This document shows, piece after piece, positions 1-11,159 of a stretch of DNA of 50,550 nucleotides. The stretch comes from an uncultured Bacillota bacterium (GTDB lineage Bacteria; Bacillota; Clostridia; Christensenellales; UBA1242). Numbering within the stretch: position 1 is the first letter of the stretch; every line of letters starts with the position of its first letter. A program made the position numbers and the translations under genes. Where the stretch lies: contig CASDQU010000074.1 of the NCBI GenBank assembly GCA_949282835.1, positions 1 to 50,550 of the forward strand. Direction: 5' to 3'. Below the pieces are notes generated by a model. It worked only from the letters and a program-made list of their open reading frames with translations. It was not told the origin of the DNA and did no database searches.

Positions 1-22
1 GGGTTCGACTCCCACTTCATTC
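1..22 (+). tRNA. 3' fragment of a tRNA gene cut by the window edge (T-arm plus acceptor 3' strand); identity not determinable
   Basis: GGGTTCGACTCCCAC is a canonical T-stem/T-loop (TTCGACT). It is followed by 7 nt plus a discriminator, with no encoded CCA, and then a hairpin terminator. Confidence 0.4.
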
Positions 23-30
23 TTTAACTA

Positions 31-54
31 AAAAAAACTCTTTCGAGTTTTTTC
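31..54. terminator. Bidirectional rho-independent terminator between convergent tRNA genes
   Basis: AAAAAACTC-TTTC-GAGTTTTTT: 9-bp stem, 4-nt loop, with A-run and T-run flanks on both strands. Confidence 0.6.
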
Positions 55-58
55 TCTC

Positions 59-140
59 TGGTGCGGGCGGTGGGAGTCGAACCCACACCCTTTCGGACTT
101 GCCCCTTAAACAAGCGCGTCTGCCATTCCGCCACGCCCGC
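59..140 (-). tRNA. tRNA-Leu (class II, long variable arm), hand-folded anticodon AAG
   Basis: Reverse complement reads GCGGGCG TG GCGG AATGGCAGA CGC G CTTGT TTAAGGG GCAAG TCCGAAAGGGT GTGGG TTCGACT CCCAC CGCCCGC A CCA. The only 5bp-7nt-5bp anticodon arm gives loop TTAAGGG. CCA is encoded. Confidence 0.8.
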
Positions 141-161
141 ACATTTCAAGTTACTTTTGAT

Positions 162-190
162 ATTATAAATATTAATACTCTCATTGTCAA
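162..190 (-). promoter_or_regulatory. Sigma-A type promoter for tRNA-Leu
   Basis: On the minus strand: TTGACA, 17-nt spacer, TATAAT. The -10 element ends about 20 nt upstream of the tRNA 5' end. Confidence 0.6.
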
Positions 191-219
191 GCAATTTTAA
201 AAAAATATTCAAAAATATA

Positions 220-247
220 TCAAAAAAGACATCATTTAAGATGCCTT
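220..247 (-). terminator. Terminator after the ferritin-like gene
   Basis: Minus strand AAGGCATC-TTAAAT-GATGTCTT (8 bp, one G-U pair) followed by TTTTTTG. Confidence 0.5.
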
Positions 248-254
248 ATTTTAT

Positions 255-551
255 TCAACTTTGAACACTGTCATCCTTATTAAATTCATTTAATCCTTTA
301 TAGAACATCTCTTTACTTATTGGATCTAACTTGAACAATAAACCAAATAATTGCCCTACATGAACCTTTTCCTCATCGACAATATCGCTTATGGTATTTT
401 TTGCCGATTGATCATTTGTTTGCTCTAAATGTAGCTCATACTGAATAATAGCCTCAAGCTCTCCAATTATATCAGCTCTAACATTTTGAGTTGTAAGCAT
501 TTTATTTGAAGTATCCACGGAATTAGCGAAAATATTAAAAATACCTTTCAT
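255..551 (-). CDS. Small ferritin-like protein of the EncFtn (half-ferritin, encapsulin-cargo type) family
   Basis: 98 aa. GELEAIIQYELHL and DIVDEEKVHVGQLFGLL match the EncFtn metal-ligand motifs (Glu...ExxH) as I recall them from Rhodospirillum EncFtn (EELEAVDWY / DEEKEHAAM). Confidence 0.6.
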   Translation of the reverse strand: MKGIFNIFANSVDTSNKMLTTQNVRADIIGELEAIIQYELHLEQTNDQSAKNTISDIVDEEKVHVGQLFGLLFKLDPISKEMFYKGLNEFNKDDSVQS

Positions 552-627
552 AATAACCTCCTTCGATTATATATGAAAAAAAATTAATTTATGCTATTTA
601 TAAAAAGCCTCTATAAAGAGAGACTTT

Positions 628-1887
628 TTAACAAACTTCCTTTTTGTCGCTAGTTTTATTTACAATTATGGGTTGACCATTTTCAAGCTCTATAAATTTA
701 TCAGTTACTACAATTTTTTCTACATCTTTCAAACTTGGAGCTTCATACATAAGTTTTGTCATTTTACCTTCAATAATTGTCCGCAGCCCCCTCGCTCCTG
801 TTTTTAATTTCATTGCTTTTTTAGCTATAGCCTTAACTGCTTCTGGCGAAAATTCTATCTTTATTCCATCAATTTTAAACATTAAATCATATTGTTTAAC
901 AATGGAATTTTTAGGCTCTGTTAATATTCGTACTAAAGCTTTTTCATCAAGCTCATCAAGTCCAACAACAACTGGCAATCTTCCTATAAATTCAGGGATT
1001 AATCCAAACCTAATTAAATCGTCAGGCTGAACCTCTTTGATTAAAGTTGCCTCTGTTTTTTCAGTCGAAGATTTAATTTGAGCATTAAACCCAAGAGTGG
1101 TATCTTTTTCTCGTGCGTCAATTATTTTATCAAGCCCAACAAAAGCACCTCCGCAAATAAAGAGAATATTAGTTGTATCTATTTGTAGCATCTCTTGATG
1201 AGGATGTTTTCTTCCTCCTTGAGGCGGAACAGATGCAACAGTGCTTTCTAATATTTTTAATAGTGCCTGTTGCACACCTTCACCAGCGACATCTCTAGTT
1301 ATAGATACATTTTGTGTTTTGCGCGCTATTTTATCTATTTCATCAATATAGATTATCCCTCTTTGTGCTTTTTCAATATCATAATCTGCATTTTGGATAA
1401 GTTTCAATAGAATATTTTCTACATCATCGCCCACATATCCTGCCTCTGTCAATGTAGTTGCATCAGCTGTAGCAAAAGGTACTTTAAGTACTTTTGCCAA
1501 GGTTTTAGCAAGCAATGTTTTGCCTGAACCAGTAGGACCAATCATAAGAATATTACTTTTTTCAAGCTCAACATCCTCAAGCTCTTTATCTTTTTTAGTC
1601 AGGTTATAATTTAAGCGCTTATAGTGATTATATACCGCTACTGCTAAAACTCTTTTTGCCTCTTCTTGCCCAATAATATACTCATCAAGTTTTTCCTTGA
1701 TTTCGGTTGGAGTAGGAAGCTCAATTTTCTCAAATTTTGTTTTAGGCGATACTTCTGTAATAATCTCTTTACAGATATCTACACATTCGTCACAAATAAA
1801 AGATTCACCGCTTGGACTTGCTATAAGTTTTTTAGCGTCTCTTTGCGATTTACCACAAAAACTGCACTTGCAATCAATGTCAGCCAT
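628..1887 (-). CDS. clpX: ATP-dependent Clp protease ATP-binding subunit ClpX
   Basis: N-terminal zinc ribbon CSFCGK...CDEC, Walker A GPTGSGKT, Walker [10 protein letters not shown]. Lies directly downstream of clpP. Confidence 0.97.
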   Translation of the reverse strand: MADIDCKCSFCGKSQRDAKKLIASPSGESFICDECVDICKEIITEVSPKTKFEKIELPTPTEIKEKLDEYIIGQEEAKRVLAVAVYNHYKRLNYNLTKKDKELEDVELEKSNILMIGPTGSGKTLLAKTLAKVLKVPFATADATTLTEAGYVGDDVENILLKLIQNADYDIEKAQRGIIYIDEIDKIARKTQNVSITRDVAGEGVQQALLKILESTVASVPPQGGRKHPHQEMLQIDTTNILFICGGAFVGLDKIIDAREKDTTLGFNAQIKSSTEKTEATLIKEVQPDDLIRFGLIPEFIGRLPVVVGLDELDEKALVRILTEPKNSIVKQYDLMFKIDGIKIEFSPEAVKAIAKKAMKLKTGARGLRTIIEGKMTKLMYEAPSLKDVEKIVVTDKFIELENGQPIIVNKTSDKKEVC

Positions 1888-1895
1888 TCTGCCTC

Positions 1896-2486
1896 CTATT
1901 TAGATTTCTTTCTTGAAATGAATATTTCATCAATAATACCGTAATCTTTCGCTTCTTGTGCTGTCATATAGTTATCTCTATCTGTATCTTTTTCAACTAT
2001 TTCTAATGGCTTACCTGTATTTTCGCTAAGCATTAAATTCATTCTTTCCTTTATATACTGAATATGATTAGCTTGAATTTGTATATCACTTACCTGTCCT
2101 TGAGCTCCGCCAAGAGGCTGATGAATCATGATTTCACTGTTTGGAAGTGCAAATCTTTTACCTTTAGTTCCGCCAGCAAGCAAGAAAGCGCCCATAGAGG
2201 CAGCTCTTCCAACACAAATGGTAGAAACATCACATTTAATATATTTCATAGTATCATAGATTGCTAGACCTGCCGAAACACTTCCTCCAGGACTATTGAT
2301 ATAGATAAATATATCTTTATCTGGATTTTTGCCTTCAAGATAGATTAATTGTGCTACAACAATGTTTGCGACATTATCATCAATTTCGCCATTTAAGAAA
2401 ATTATTCTATCTTCAAGCAATCTTGAATAAATATCATATGATCTTTCACTATTACCAGTCTGATCTACAACCATAGGAATCAGCAT
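1896..2486 (-). CDS. clpP: ATP-dependent Clp protease proteolytic subunit ClpP
   Basis: 196 aa with [11 protein letters not shown] (active-site Ser) and MIHQP (His). Sits in a tig-clpP-clpX context. Confidence 0.97.
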   Translation of the reverse strand: MLIPMVVDQTGNSERSYDIYSRLLEDRIIFLNGEIDDNVANIVVAQLIYLEGKNPDKDIFIYINSPGGSVSAGLAIYDTMKYIKCDVSTICVGRAASMGAFLLAGGTKGKRFALPNSEIMIHQPLGGAQGQVSDIQIQANHIQYIKERMNLMLSENTGKPLEIVEKDTDRDNYMTAQEAKDYGIIDEIFISRKKSK

Positions 2487-2610
2487 AATATTATCCTCCC
2501 ATTTTATTTTAAAATTATACCTAATAAATTAAGAACAAAAATTTATTTAAAGATAAATATATTTATGAATAAATGATAAATAAAGATATCTCTTTTATTT
2601 ATTATCTTAA

Positions 2611-3885
2611 TTATTTAATTTTAGACTTGATAAGATCTAAGACTTTTGTCATAATTGCACTATTTTCAAAATAGGCATAATCTTCAGGTCTTAATGCTTT
2701 TTTAAAGTCTTCTGCCGACATATTGTATCTTGTCGCATATTCAACTACCAATTTATCGAGATCTTCATCGGTAACAGCTAAATTATATTCAGAAATAATC
2801 TTTTGAACAACAAGTCTTGTTTTGATATTCTTTTCCGCGTCATCTTCTCTATCTTTTTTGAATTCATCTAGGCTTTTACCGATATAATCTAAATAATTTT
2901 GCATTGTCATACCTTGATGAGCAAGTCTATGCTCAAAATCTTCAACAATATGATGAACTTCATGTTCAATCATTGACTTAGGCACTTCTATATTTGCTTT
3001 CTGTGCAATTTCATCAAGAATAAGCACTTCATAGTCACGCTCTGCCTTTTCTTCTTCTATCTTCTTCAAATTTTCTTTTATTGAATTTTTGTATTCTTGT
3101 AATGTTTCAAATTCAGTTGTATCAGATACAAATTTATCATCTACTTCAGGTAAAACCTTCTTTTCTATCTTATTTAATTTTATTTTAAATACAGCAGGCT
3201 TTCCTTTGAGATTTTCTGCAGGATAATTTTGAGGAAATTTAACATTAATATCTTTTTCTTCTCCCTTCTCCATGCCTACAATTTGTTCTTCAAAACCCTC
3301 AATAAAGGTATGTGAACCAATTTCAAGTCGATAGTCTTTTCCTTCTCCACCTTCAAATTTTTGGCCGTCAACATAGCCTTCAAAATCAATGGTTGCGAAA
3401 TCGCCGTTCTCTACCTTTTTGTCCTCTTCAACATATCTAGCATGATTTTCTCTTTCTCTTTCAATTTCAGCATTTATTTGCTCCTCATTTATCTTAACGG
3501 TTGGCTTCTTGGACTTTAATTCACTAAAAGATGGTAATTTGAACTCTGGAAGCAAATCAAAAGTGATGGTTGCTTCTATTCCTTTATCAACTGTAAAAGA
3601 ATTCATCTCTACACTTGGTTGACCTGCTGGTACTATATTCTTGTTTTTCTCTAGAAAGTCATAATATTCCTTTGAAATAGCATTTTCAAAAGCATCATCA
3701 AAAAATATGGTATCACCATATGTTTGTTCGATGACTTTTCTTGGGGCTTTCCCATTTCTAAATCCTTGCACCTTATATTTTGATTTGTTTGCTTCATAGG
3801 ATTTTTCTACTAAATCTTCCCATTCTTCTTTGGATATTGAAATTTTTAATATCCCTTTTTTGTCTTTTTTTTCAAAACTGTACAT
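2611..3885 (-). CDS. tig: Trigger factor
   Basis: 424 aa. N-terminal GFRNGKAPRKVIE ribosome-binding signature, central FKBP-like segment. Lies upstream of clpP. Confidence 0.95.
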   Translation of the reverse strand: MYSFEKKDKKGILKISISKEEWEDLVEKSYEANKSKYKVQGFRNGKAPRKVIEQTYGDTIFFDDAFENAISKEYYDFLEKNKNIVPAGQPSVEMNSFTVDKGIEATITFDLLPEFKLPSFSELKSKKPTVKINEEQINAEIERERENHARYVEEDKKVENGDFATIDFEGYVDGQKFEGGEGKDYRLEIGSHTFIEGFEEQIVGMEKGEEKDINVKFPQNYPAENLKGKPAVFKIKLNKIEKKVLPEVDDKFVSDTTEFETLQEYKNSIKENLKKIEEEKAERDYEVLILDEIAQKANIEVPKSMIEHEVHHIVEDFEHRLAHQGMTMQNYLDYIGKSLDEFKKDREDDAEKNIKTRLVVQKIISEYNLAVTDEDLDKLVVEYATRYNMSAEDFKKALRPEDYAYFENSAIMTKVLDLIKSKIK

Positions 3886-4025
3886 TTTAAATTTTCTCCT
3901 TTTTCTTTTTTATAAAGCTTAATAAAGCCATATATCATGCGTTAACTATGATATCATATTTTATTAAATTTAGCAACTAAATATTTATCTTTACTATTAA
4001 AAACAACCGCGAATAAGATTGAAAA

Positions 4026-4406
4026 TTAAAAGCGAAATCCTGTTGCCATGGCGACTATACAAATAATTGCAAACATAAACGCAAGGATTATTTTGAAAAT
4101 ATCTATCACTTTATCTCGCAACAATGTTTTTTTAAATTTTTTAATATAATACTTGTCATTTTTTTCAATGTCTTCTAAGGTCAAATTACTAGAATTGATT
4201 AAATTTATTTTATAAAATTTATACTCTTCTTGAAAGCTCAAAAAATAGTCTTCTCTATATCTTAAAATAAATATTACACCCCAATATATACATAATGCAG
4301 AAAGTGAAGTTAACGAAAAATAGACAAAGCCTGCCCAAAAATCATTTAGACAAGCCGTCACCACTGCTACAATTAATAAAGATACTGTAATTAAAATATT
4401 TCTCAT
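4026..4406 (-). CDS. Hypothetical small membrane protein (about 3 TM)
   Basis: Hydrophobic N- and C-terminal segments. Sits 10 nt downstream of the preceding ORF. No recognisable motif. Confidence 0.5.
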   Translation of the reverse strand: MRNILITVSLLIVAVVTACLNDFWAGFVYFSLTSLSALCIYWGVIFILRYREDYFLSFQEEYKFYKINLINSSNLTLEDIEKNDKYYIKKFKKTLLRDKVIDIFKIILAFMFAIICIVAMATGFRF

Positions 4407-4416
4407 AAGCTAAAAA

Positions 4417-4751
4417 TTAAATGGTTAGGATAAAAAGTACTACTATGGTAACAACAAATATTACATAGCAAATTATCCAACCTACTTGTTTATGCGCCTT
4501 AACCCAAGTATACGCCAAAATAATACTTATAATATAGGCAATAACCTGACCTACTGTTTTAAAAGCGGAAGAAAGGTTTGTGTCGCCTTTAAATATTAAT
4601 GTCAAAAGTAAGGCAATAGCAATACAACCAATACCAACATAAGCAATAAATGAAAGTGCGGTATTGAATGTAAATTTGATTTTATTGCTTCTATCTTTTT
4701 TCTTCTTTTCTTTTTCAACATAAACACGGATTTCTTTGTCGTTATCTTGCA

Positions 4752-4752
<1 letters not shown>
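4417..4752 (-). CDS. Hypothetical membrane protein with a lysine-rich N-terminus (3 TM)
   Basis: 111 aa. Its ATG overlaps the gap stop codon (TAATG), which suggests translational coupling. Confidence 0.55.
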
Positions 4753-6612
<1,860 letters not shown>

Positions 6613-6623
6613 AACTTCTATCC

Positions 6624-7046
6624 TTAATATTTTTTTATTCTTCTTGCGTGTCGTCCACCTTCAAAATCTGTGGTTAAAAAAACTTTCACTATTTTAATTG
6701 CTTTTCTTGGAGAGATAAACCGTCCTGGCAGGCATAAAACATTGGCGTCATTATGTTGTCTAGCAAGGGCAGCAAAACGCTCATCAAAACATAATGCCGC
6801 TCTAATTTTAGGATTTCTATTGGCAACAATACTCATTCCTATGCCACTGCCGCAAATATAAATACCTACATTTCTTGCATCTTCTATTACTTTAGCATTT
6901 CCAGCTTTAGCAAAGTCAGGATAATCATCTAACTGTTCTCTTGAATAACAACCAACATCTATAGCGATAATATTTTCTTTATTAAAAAATTTTTTAATTT
7001 CCTCTTTTAACAAAAAGCCCGCATGGTCACTTGCTAAAATAATCAT
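6624..7046 (-). CDS. rpiB: Ribose-5-phosphate isomerase B
   Basis: 140 aa with MIILASDHAGF and CGSGIGMSIVANR. Confidence 0.92.
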   Translation of the reverse strand: MIILASDHAGFLLKEEIKKFFNKENIIAIDVGCYSREQLDDYPDFAKAGNAKVIEDARNVGIYICGSGIGMSIVANRNPKIRAALCFDERFAALARQHNDANVLCLPGRFISPRKAIKIVKVFLTTDFEGGRHARRIKKY

Positions 7047-7468
7047 TTAACACCACCTATTAACTGTTTTAATAATTTTTCTAATCCTCTATATATTTGT
7101 TCGGCACAACTTCGATAATGGTCTAAATTTTGACCATAAGGGTCTAATATATCTTGCCCGACCAAATCTCTAAAGGAAATAACTTTTTGTGATTTTACTT
7201 TATTTTTCTGCTCTTGTGTCATGGTAACATACAAAGTATTATTATCAATTTTGCCTAATTTTATAGCCTTTCTATCTTTATCCAAAGCACCATATTCTTT
7301 TAACACAAGTTTTGCATTATATGTGATATTTTCTTTGGTCGCTTCAAGTCCTCTAGATATTACTTTAATAAAGGTTACCTTTTCATTTTTAAGCATCTTT
7401 TTAAATAAGCGCTCAGCTATTATAGATCTACAAGTATTTCCACTGCAGACAAAACATATATTAATCAT
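7043..7468 (-). CDS. Low-molecular-weight phosphatase, YwlE-like (protein arginine/tyrosine phosphatase)
   Basis: P-loop FVCSGNTCRS (CX5R-S, with the Thr seen in YwlE-type enzymes). ATGA overlap with rpiB. Confidence 0.85.
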   Translation of the reverse strand: MINICFVCSGNTCRSIIAERLFKKMLKNEKVTFIKVISRGLEATKENITYNAKLVLKEYGALDKDRKAIKLGKIDNNTLYVTMTQEQKNKVKSQKVISFRDLVGQDILDPYGQNLDHYRSCAEQIYRGLEKLLKQLIGGVK

Positions 7469-7522
7469 TTGTCACCTTCATAAATATTGTAACATAGACA
7501 AATAAAAAAACAAAACAAAAAA

Positions 7523-7867
7523 CTATTTTTTTGTCTTTTTGTCTTGTTTATTCATATCAACTTTTCTTGTTTGCCAAAGCTTATCTAAATTATATTTTTC
7601 TCGTGCTGCAGGAATAAAAAGGTGTAAAATAATATCTTCAAAATCAAATATAATCCATTCACCTTTATTGTAGCCTTCTGGGAAACTCTCCAAACCAAAA
7701 TCTTGCATTATACTTGAAGCAAAATTTTTATTTGCTGCCACATCATTGCAAGATAAAATGACTATATAACTATAAGATAGCTTTTCATTAGTAATATCAT
7801 AAATCGCAATATCTTTACATTTTTTCTCCGCCAAATAATTATATAAAGTCTCCACCCTTGAACTCAT
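7523..7867 (-). CDS. rsfS: Ribosome silencing factor RsfS (iojap family)
   Basis: 114 aa; GEWIIFDFEDIILHLF and REKYNLDKLW are typical of RsfS. Confidence 0.88.
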   Translation of the reverse strand: MSSRVETLYNYLAEKKCKDIAIYDITNEKLSYSYIVILSCNDVAANKNFASSIMQDFGLESFPEGYNKGEWIIFDFEDIILHLFIPAAREKYNLDKLWQTRKVDMNKQDKKTKK

Positions 7868-8017
7868 AATAACCTCACACTTTTAAATAAGTTTTGCCTT
7901 TAAGTTGGCTTAATAATGAAAATTTTTCATTAAGCATTCGCTAAATAATTCTAACAAAGCTATCAATTTAAGTCAATTAATTGATTAAATTTTTTTCTTG
8001 CAGTCAATAAATAAGAT

Positions 8018-8824
8018 ATGAATAAATTTCTTTTCATAATCCAGCTATTGTTAAAAGCATTTTTGATTTTCTTGATAGCCTTTGTATGGCTAAGGTTTTT
8101 CTTAGATAAACTATGGCTTGCGATTGTAATTTCATCGGCTGTTACAATAATAATTTTACTACTCTCTCTTGCAGTGAAAAGCAAGAATAATCAAAAGAAA
8201 TATTTAAAACAAAAAGAGAAGGAAAACGCTATAGATATGTTTTTTTCATTGGCAAACGACAAAAATTATCTAACCTTTTTTGAAAACCTTGCAAAAATAA
8301 GACATCAAAATGCTTCAAAGAAAAAATCATATATTTTAATTACCCACTTTGATCAATCAAAAACAATTCTATATCCCATTCTTAAATTCAAACTTTTAAC
8401 TCTTGATGATATTAATTTAGCTTTTATAAATTGCAAAAAAGAAAAGGCTCAAAAGCTTGTAATTTGCTGCAATGACTATGAAAAAGAATTGATATCCTCT
8501 ATAAAAAGTTTCCCTATAGAAATATTAATCCTTGATAAATTTGACAGTTATTTGATGTTATATAAAGAGTATGAATTTTATCCAGAAATTACTATTAAAT
8601 CAGTAAAAGAAAGAAAAATGACATTTAAAGAACTTTTAGCATATGCGTTTAATCGATCAAGAACAAAAGGATATCTAATTGCCGCCTTCTTTATATTTTT
8701 AACGAGTTTTTTTGTCCAAATAAATATATATTATTGTATCTTTTCCTCTTTGCTTTTACTACTAGCTTTAATATCATATATCAATCCTAAATATAATTCT
8801 TTCGCAAAAAAAGAGCTTTTGTAA
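8018..8824 (+). CDS. Hypothetical membrane protein (2 N-terminal TM, a soluble domain of about 150 aa, 2 C-terminal TM)
   Basis: 268 aa with no motif I recognise. It is a lone plus-strand gene in a long minus-strand run and is followed by a hairpin plus T-run. Confidence 0.5.
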   Translation: MNKFLFIIQLLLKAFLIFLIAFVWLRFFLDKLWLAIVISSAVTIIILLLSLAVKSKNNQKKYLKQKEKENAIDMFFSLANDKNYLTFFENLAKIRHQNASKKKSYILITHFDQSKTILYPILKFKLLTLDDINLAFINCKKEKAQKLVICCNDYEKELISSIKSFPIEILILDKFDSYLMLYKEYEFYPEITIKSVKERKMTFKELLAYAFNRSRTKGYLIAAFFIFLTSFFVQINIYYCIFSSLLLLLALISYINPKYNSFAKKELL

Positions 8825-8832
8825 CTGTAATA

Positions 8833-8869
8833 AAAGAGAACATCTGTTTAAATGCTCTCTTTTGCTTTT
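8833..8869 (+). terminator. Terminator of the 8018-8824 gene
   Basis: AAAGAGAACAT / ATGCTCTCTTT stem (one mismatch) followed by TTGCTTTT. Confidence 0.45.
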
Positions 8870-8925
8870 ATCATTAAGTACAAAATATGCTATTTTACAA
8901 AACAAAAAAACTATATATTGTATAA

Positions 8926-9222
8926 TCAGATTAATTCAATATGTTTAAAGTCTTTTTTTGAGGAGCGTTTATAGATAATTAATACACTACCTATAACCTG
9001 CACAGGTTCACACTTTAAAGTTTGACAGATAGTCGCCATAACTTCTTTAACTGGTATCGGACAATTTTTTAAAACCTTTATTTTTATAAGTTCGCGCGCT
9101 TCAAGTAGAGCATCAATAGTTTGATAAGAATTATCAGACAAACCATCTTTGCCTATCTGCATTACAGGCTCAAGCGCATTACCAAGTCCTCTTAGACATG
9201 CCCTTTGTTTAGTTGTAATCAT
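8926..9222 (-). CDS. yhbY: YhbY-family (CRM domain) RNA-binding protein
   Basis: [27 protein letters not shown] matches the CRS1/YhbY signature. AAGGAG lies 7 nt upstream of the ATG at 9222; the longer ORF to 9249 would overlap obg. Confidence 0.85.
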   Translation of the reverse strand: MITTKQRACLRGLGNALEPVMQIGKDGLSDNSYQTIDALLEARELIKIKVLKNCPIPVKEVMATICQTLKCEPVQVIGSVLIIYKRSSKKDFKHIELI

Positions 9223-9232
9223 AATATTCTCC

Positions 9233-10501
9233 TTATTCGCTATATTCAAATATAATATCTTTAATTTTAACTATTCCACCATTTTTAAGTCCGCGCGATT
9301 TAAGCATATCTATTATTCCCATCTCTTGAAGGCGATTTTGAAAATAGGCAAAAGATCTATTATCAGACAAAACCACCCCTCTAATAAAGTTATCAATTTT
9401 GCCTCCGCTTAAAATGAATGCCCCCTCATCATCACGAGTAATACTTATAGAGTCGATATCTTTTTTATCAAAATCAAACTCTTCAATCTCAATAGGCGGC
9501 TTCTTAGGTAATTTACTTAATTTTTCTAGTGTTAATTTTTTCAAATTTTCAATACCACTAAAGGTGGCAGAAGAAATCACAATAAACTCTTTTTTTGCTA
9601 CTTCATTAAATTTCTTTAATCTTTCTTCTAGTGTCTGCTCATCAATTAAATCAGACTTGGTAAATACTACTATTTGAGGTGTTTGAGCTAAATTTTTGTT
9701 ATAATTTTCAAGCTCCTTATTTATCACATTATAATCTTCAATAAAATCTCTTCCATCACTTTGAGATATGTCCACTAAATGCAAAATCAACCGAACACGC
9801 TCAACATGTCTTAAAAAATAATGACCAAGCCCTTGTCCTTCGCTCGCCCCTTCAATTAATCCTGGAATATCGGCAACTACAAAAGTTTGTCCATAAACTT
9901 CACAAACCCCCAAATTAGGATGAATAGTTGTGAAAGGATAATTTGCAATCTTAGGATTGGCATTTGAAATAGTAGCAAGTAAAGTGGATTTCCCTGCATT
10001 TGGAAAACCTACCAAACCTACATCTGCTATTGTTTTTAACTCTAAAATAACCTCTCTTAACTTTGTAATTTCTCCCGTTTGAGAATAATGAGGAGCTTGT
10101 TTAATAGAAGATTTATAATAGGCATTTCCATGTCCCCCTTTGCCACCACGCAAAGCGATAAATTCATCATCTTCTTTACATAAGTCTGCAATAACTTTGC
10201 CTGTTTCATTGTCATAAATTACCGTACCTAAAGGCACTTTAATTACAACATCCTTTCCATTAGCTCCACTTTTAAGCCTCTTGCCGCCATCTCCACCATT
10301 ATCAGCCACAAATTTTTTATGATATTTAAAATCAAATAAAGTATTTATATTTTTGTCTACTTTAAAAATTATATCTCCGCCTTTACCGCCTTCACCTCCG
10401 TCAGGCCCGCCTTTAGCGGTCATTGCATTGCGCAAAAAAGAGGCAGAACCCTTACCACCATCTCCAGCTTTTATCATGATTTTAACTCTGTCTAAAAACA
10501 T
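9233..10501 (-). CDS. obg: GTPase Obg
   Basis: [22 protein letters not shown] Obg fold; G1 [22 protein letters not shown]; C-terminal OCT-like domain. The start is taken at MFLD. Confidence 0.95.
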   Translation of the reverse strand: MFLDRVKIMIKAGDGGKGSASFLRNAMTAKGGPDGGEGGKGGDIIFKVDKNINTLFDFKYHKKFVADNGGDGGKRLKSGANGKDVVIKVPLGTVIYDNETGKVIADLCKEDDEFIALRGGKGGHGNAYYKSSIKQAPHYSQTGEITKLREVILELKTIADVGLVGFPNAGKSTLLATISNANPKIANYPFTTIHPNLGVCEVYGQTFVVADIPGLIEGASEGQGLGHYFLRHVERVRLILHLVDISQSDGRDFIEDYNVINKELENYNKNLAQTPQIVVFTKSDLIDEQTLEERLKKFNEVAKKEFIVISSATFSGIENLKKLTLEKLSKLPKKPPIEIEEFDFDKKDIDSISITRDDEGAFILSGGKIDNFIRGVVLSDNRSFAYFQNRLQEMGIIDMLKSRGLKNGGIVKIKDIIFEYSE

Positions 10502-10518
10502 TGCGCACCTCAATTATA

Positions 10519-11157
10519 CTATATATTGTGGCTATGTTGTGAATAATAGCTACAAATTTTCTTAAATGGACAATCTTGACATTGCGGTTTTTGAGCTTTA
10601 CATATATATCTACCAAAAAGCACCATTTGTAAATGCAATTTCCCCCACTTAGATTTATCAAAAGTTTTCATAAGCATTAGTTCACATTTATAGGGGTCGT
10701 CAGTTTGAACAAGTGCCAGTCTATTTGAAACTCGCAAGACATGGGTATCAACTGCTATCGCATCTCCGCCAAACGCTTCACTGTAGACTACATTAGCCGT
10801 TTTCCGCCCAACCCCTGCTAAAGTCTGCATTTGCTCTAAATTTTTAGGTATTTCTCCATTGAATTTCTCTACCAAATCTTTACTCATTGATAAGATGTTT
10901 TTAGCTTTATTATGGTAAAAACCGCAAGAATGAATTTTCCCTTCCAGCTCTTCTTGTGTTAAAGTGAGCATTTTTTGCGGTGTATTATATTTCTTAAACA
11001 ATTCTCCCACTACCATATTTACTCTTTTATCAGTACATTGAGCAGAAAGTATAACCGCAACTAAAAGTTCATAATTATTTTTATAATTTAACTCGCATTT
11101 TGGATTTGGAAACAGCTTATCAAGCCCATCCTCAATTTCTTTTGTTTTTATAGCCAT
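10519..11157 (-). CDS. nth: Endonuclease III
   Basis: HhH-GPD motif LAGVGRKTANVV and a 4Fe-4S cluster loop CKAQKPQCQDCPFKKIC. Confidence 0.93.
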   Translation of the reverse strand: MAIKTKEIEDGLDKLFPNPKCELNYKNNYELLVAVILSAQCTDKRVNMVVGELFKKYNTPQKMLTLTQEELEGKIHSCGFYHNKAKNILSMSKDLVEKFNGEIPKNLEQMQTLAGVGRKTANVVYSEAFGGDAIAVDTHVLRVSNRLALVQTDDPYKCELMLMKTFDKSKWGKLHLQMVLFGRYICKAQKPQCQDCPFKKICSYYSQHSHNI

Positions 11158-11159
11158 AC

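Noticed and set aside
24-212. 62-aa ORF on the minus strand. ORFs 33605-33823 (+), 34154-34342 (+) and 50235-50504 (-) are similar cases.
   Set aside because: All overlap tRNA genes or their promoters and terminators. These are spurious open frames.
255-1887. An encapsulin nanocompartment locus around the EncFtn-like gene.
   Set aside because: There is no shell (HK97-fold) gene next to it. The flanking genes are clpX and tRNA-Leu. Only the cargo-like gene is reported.
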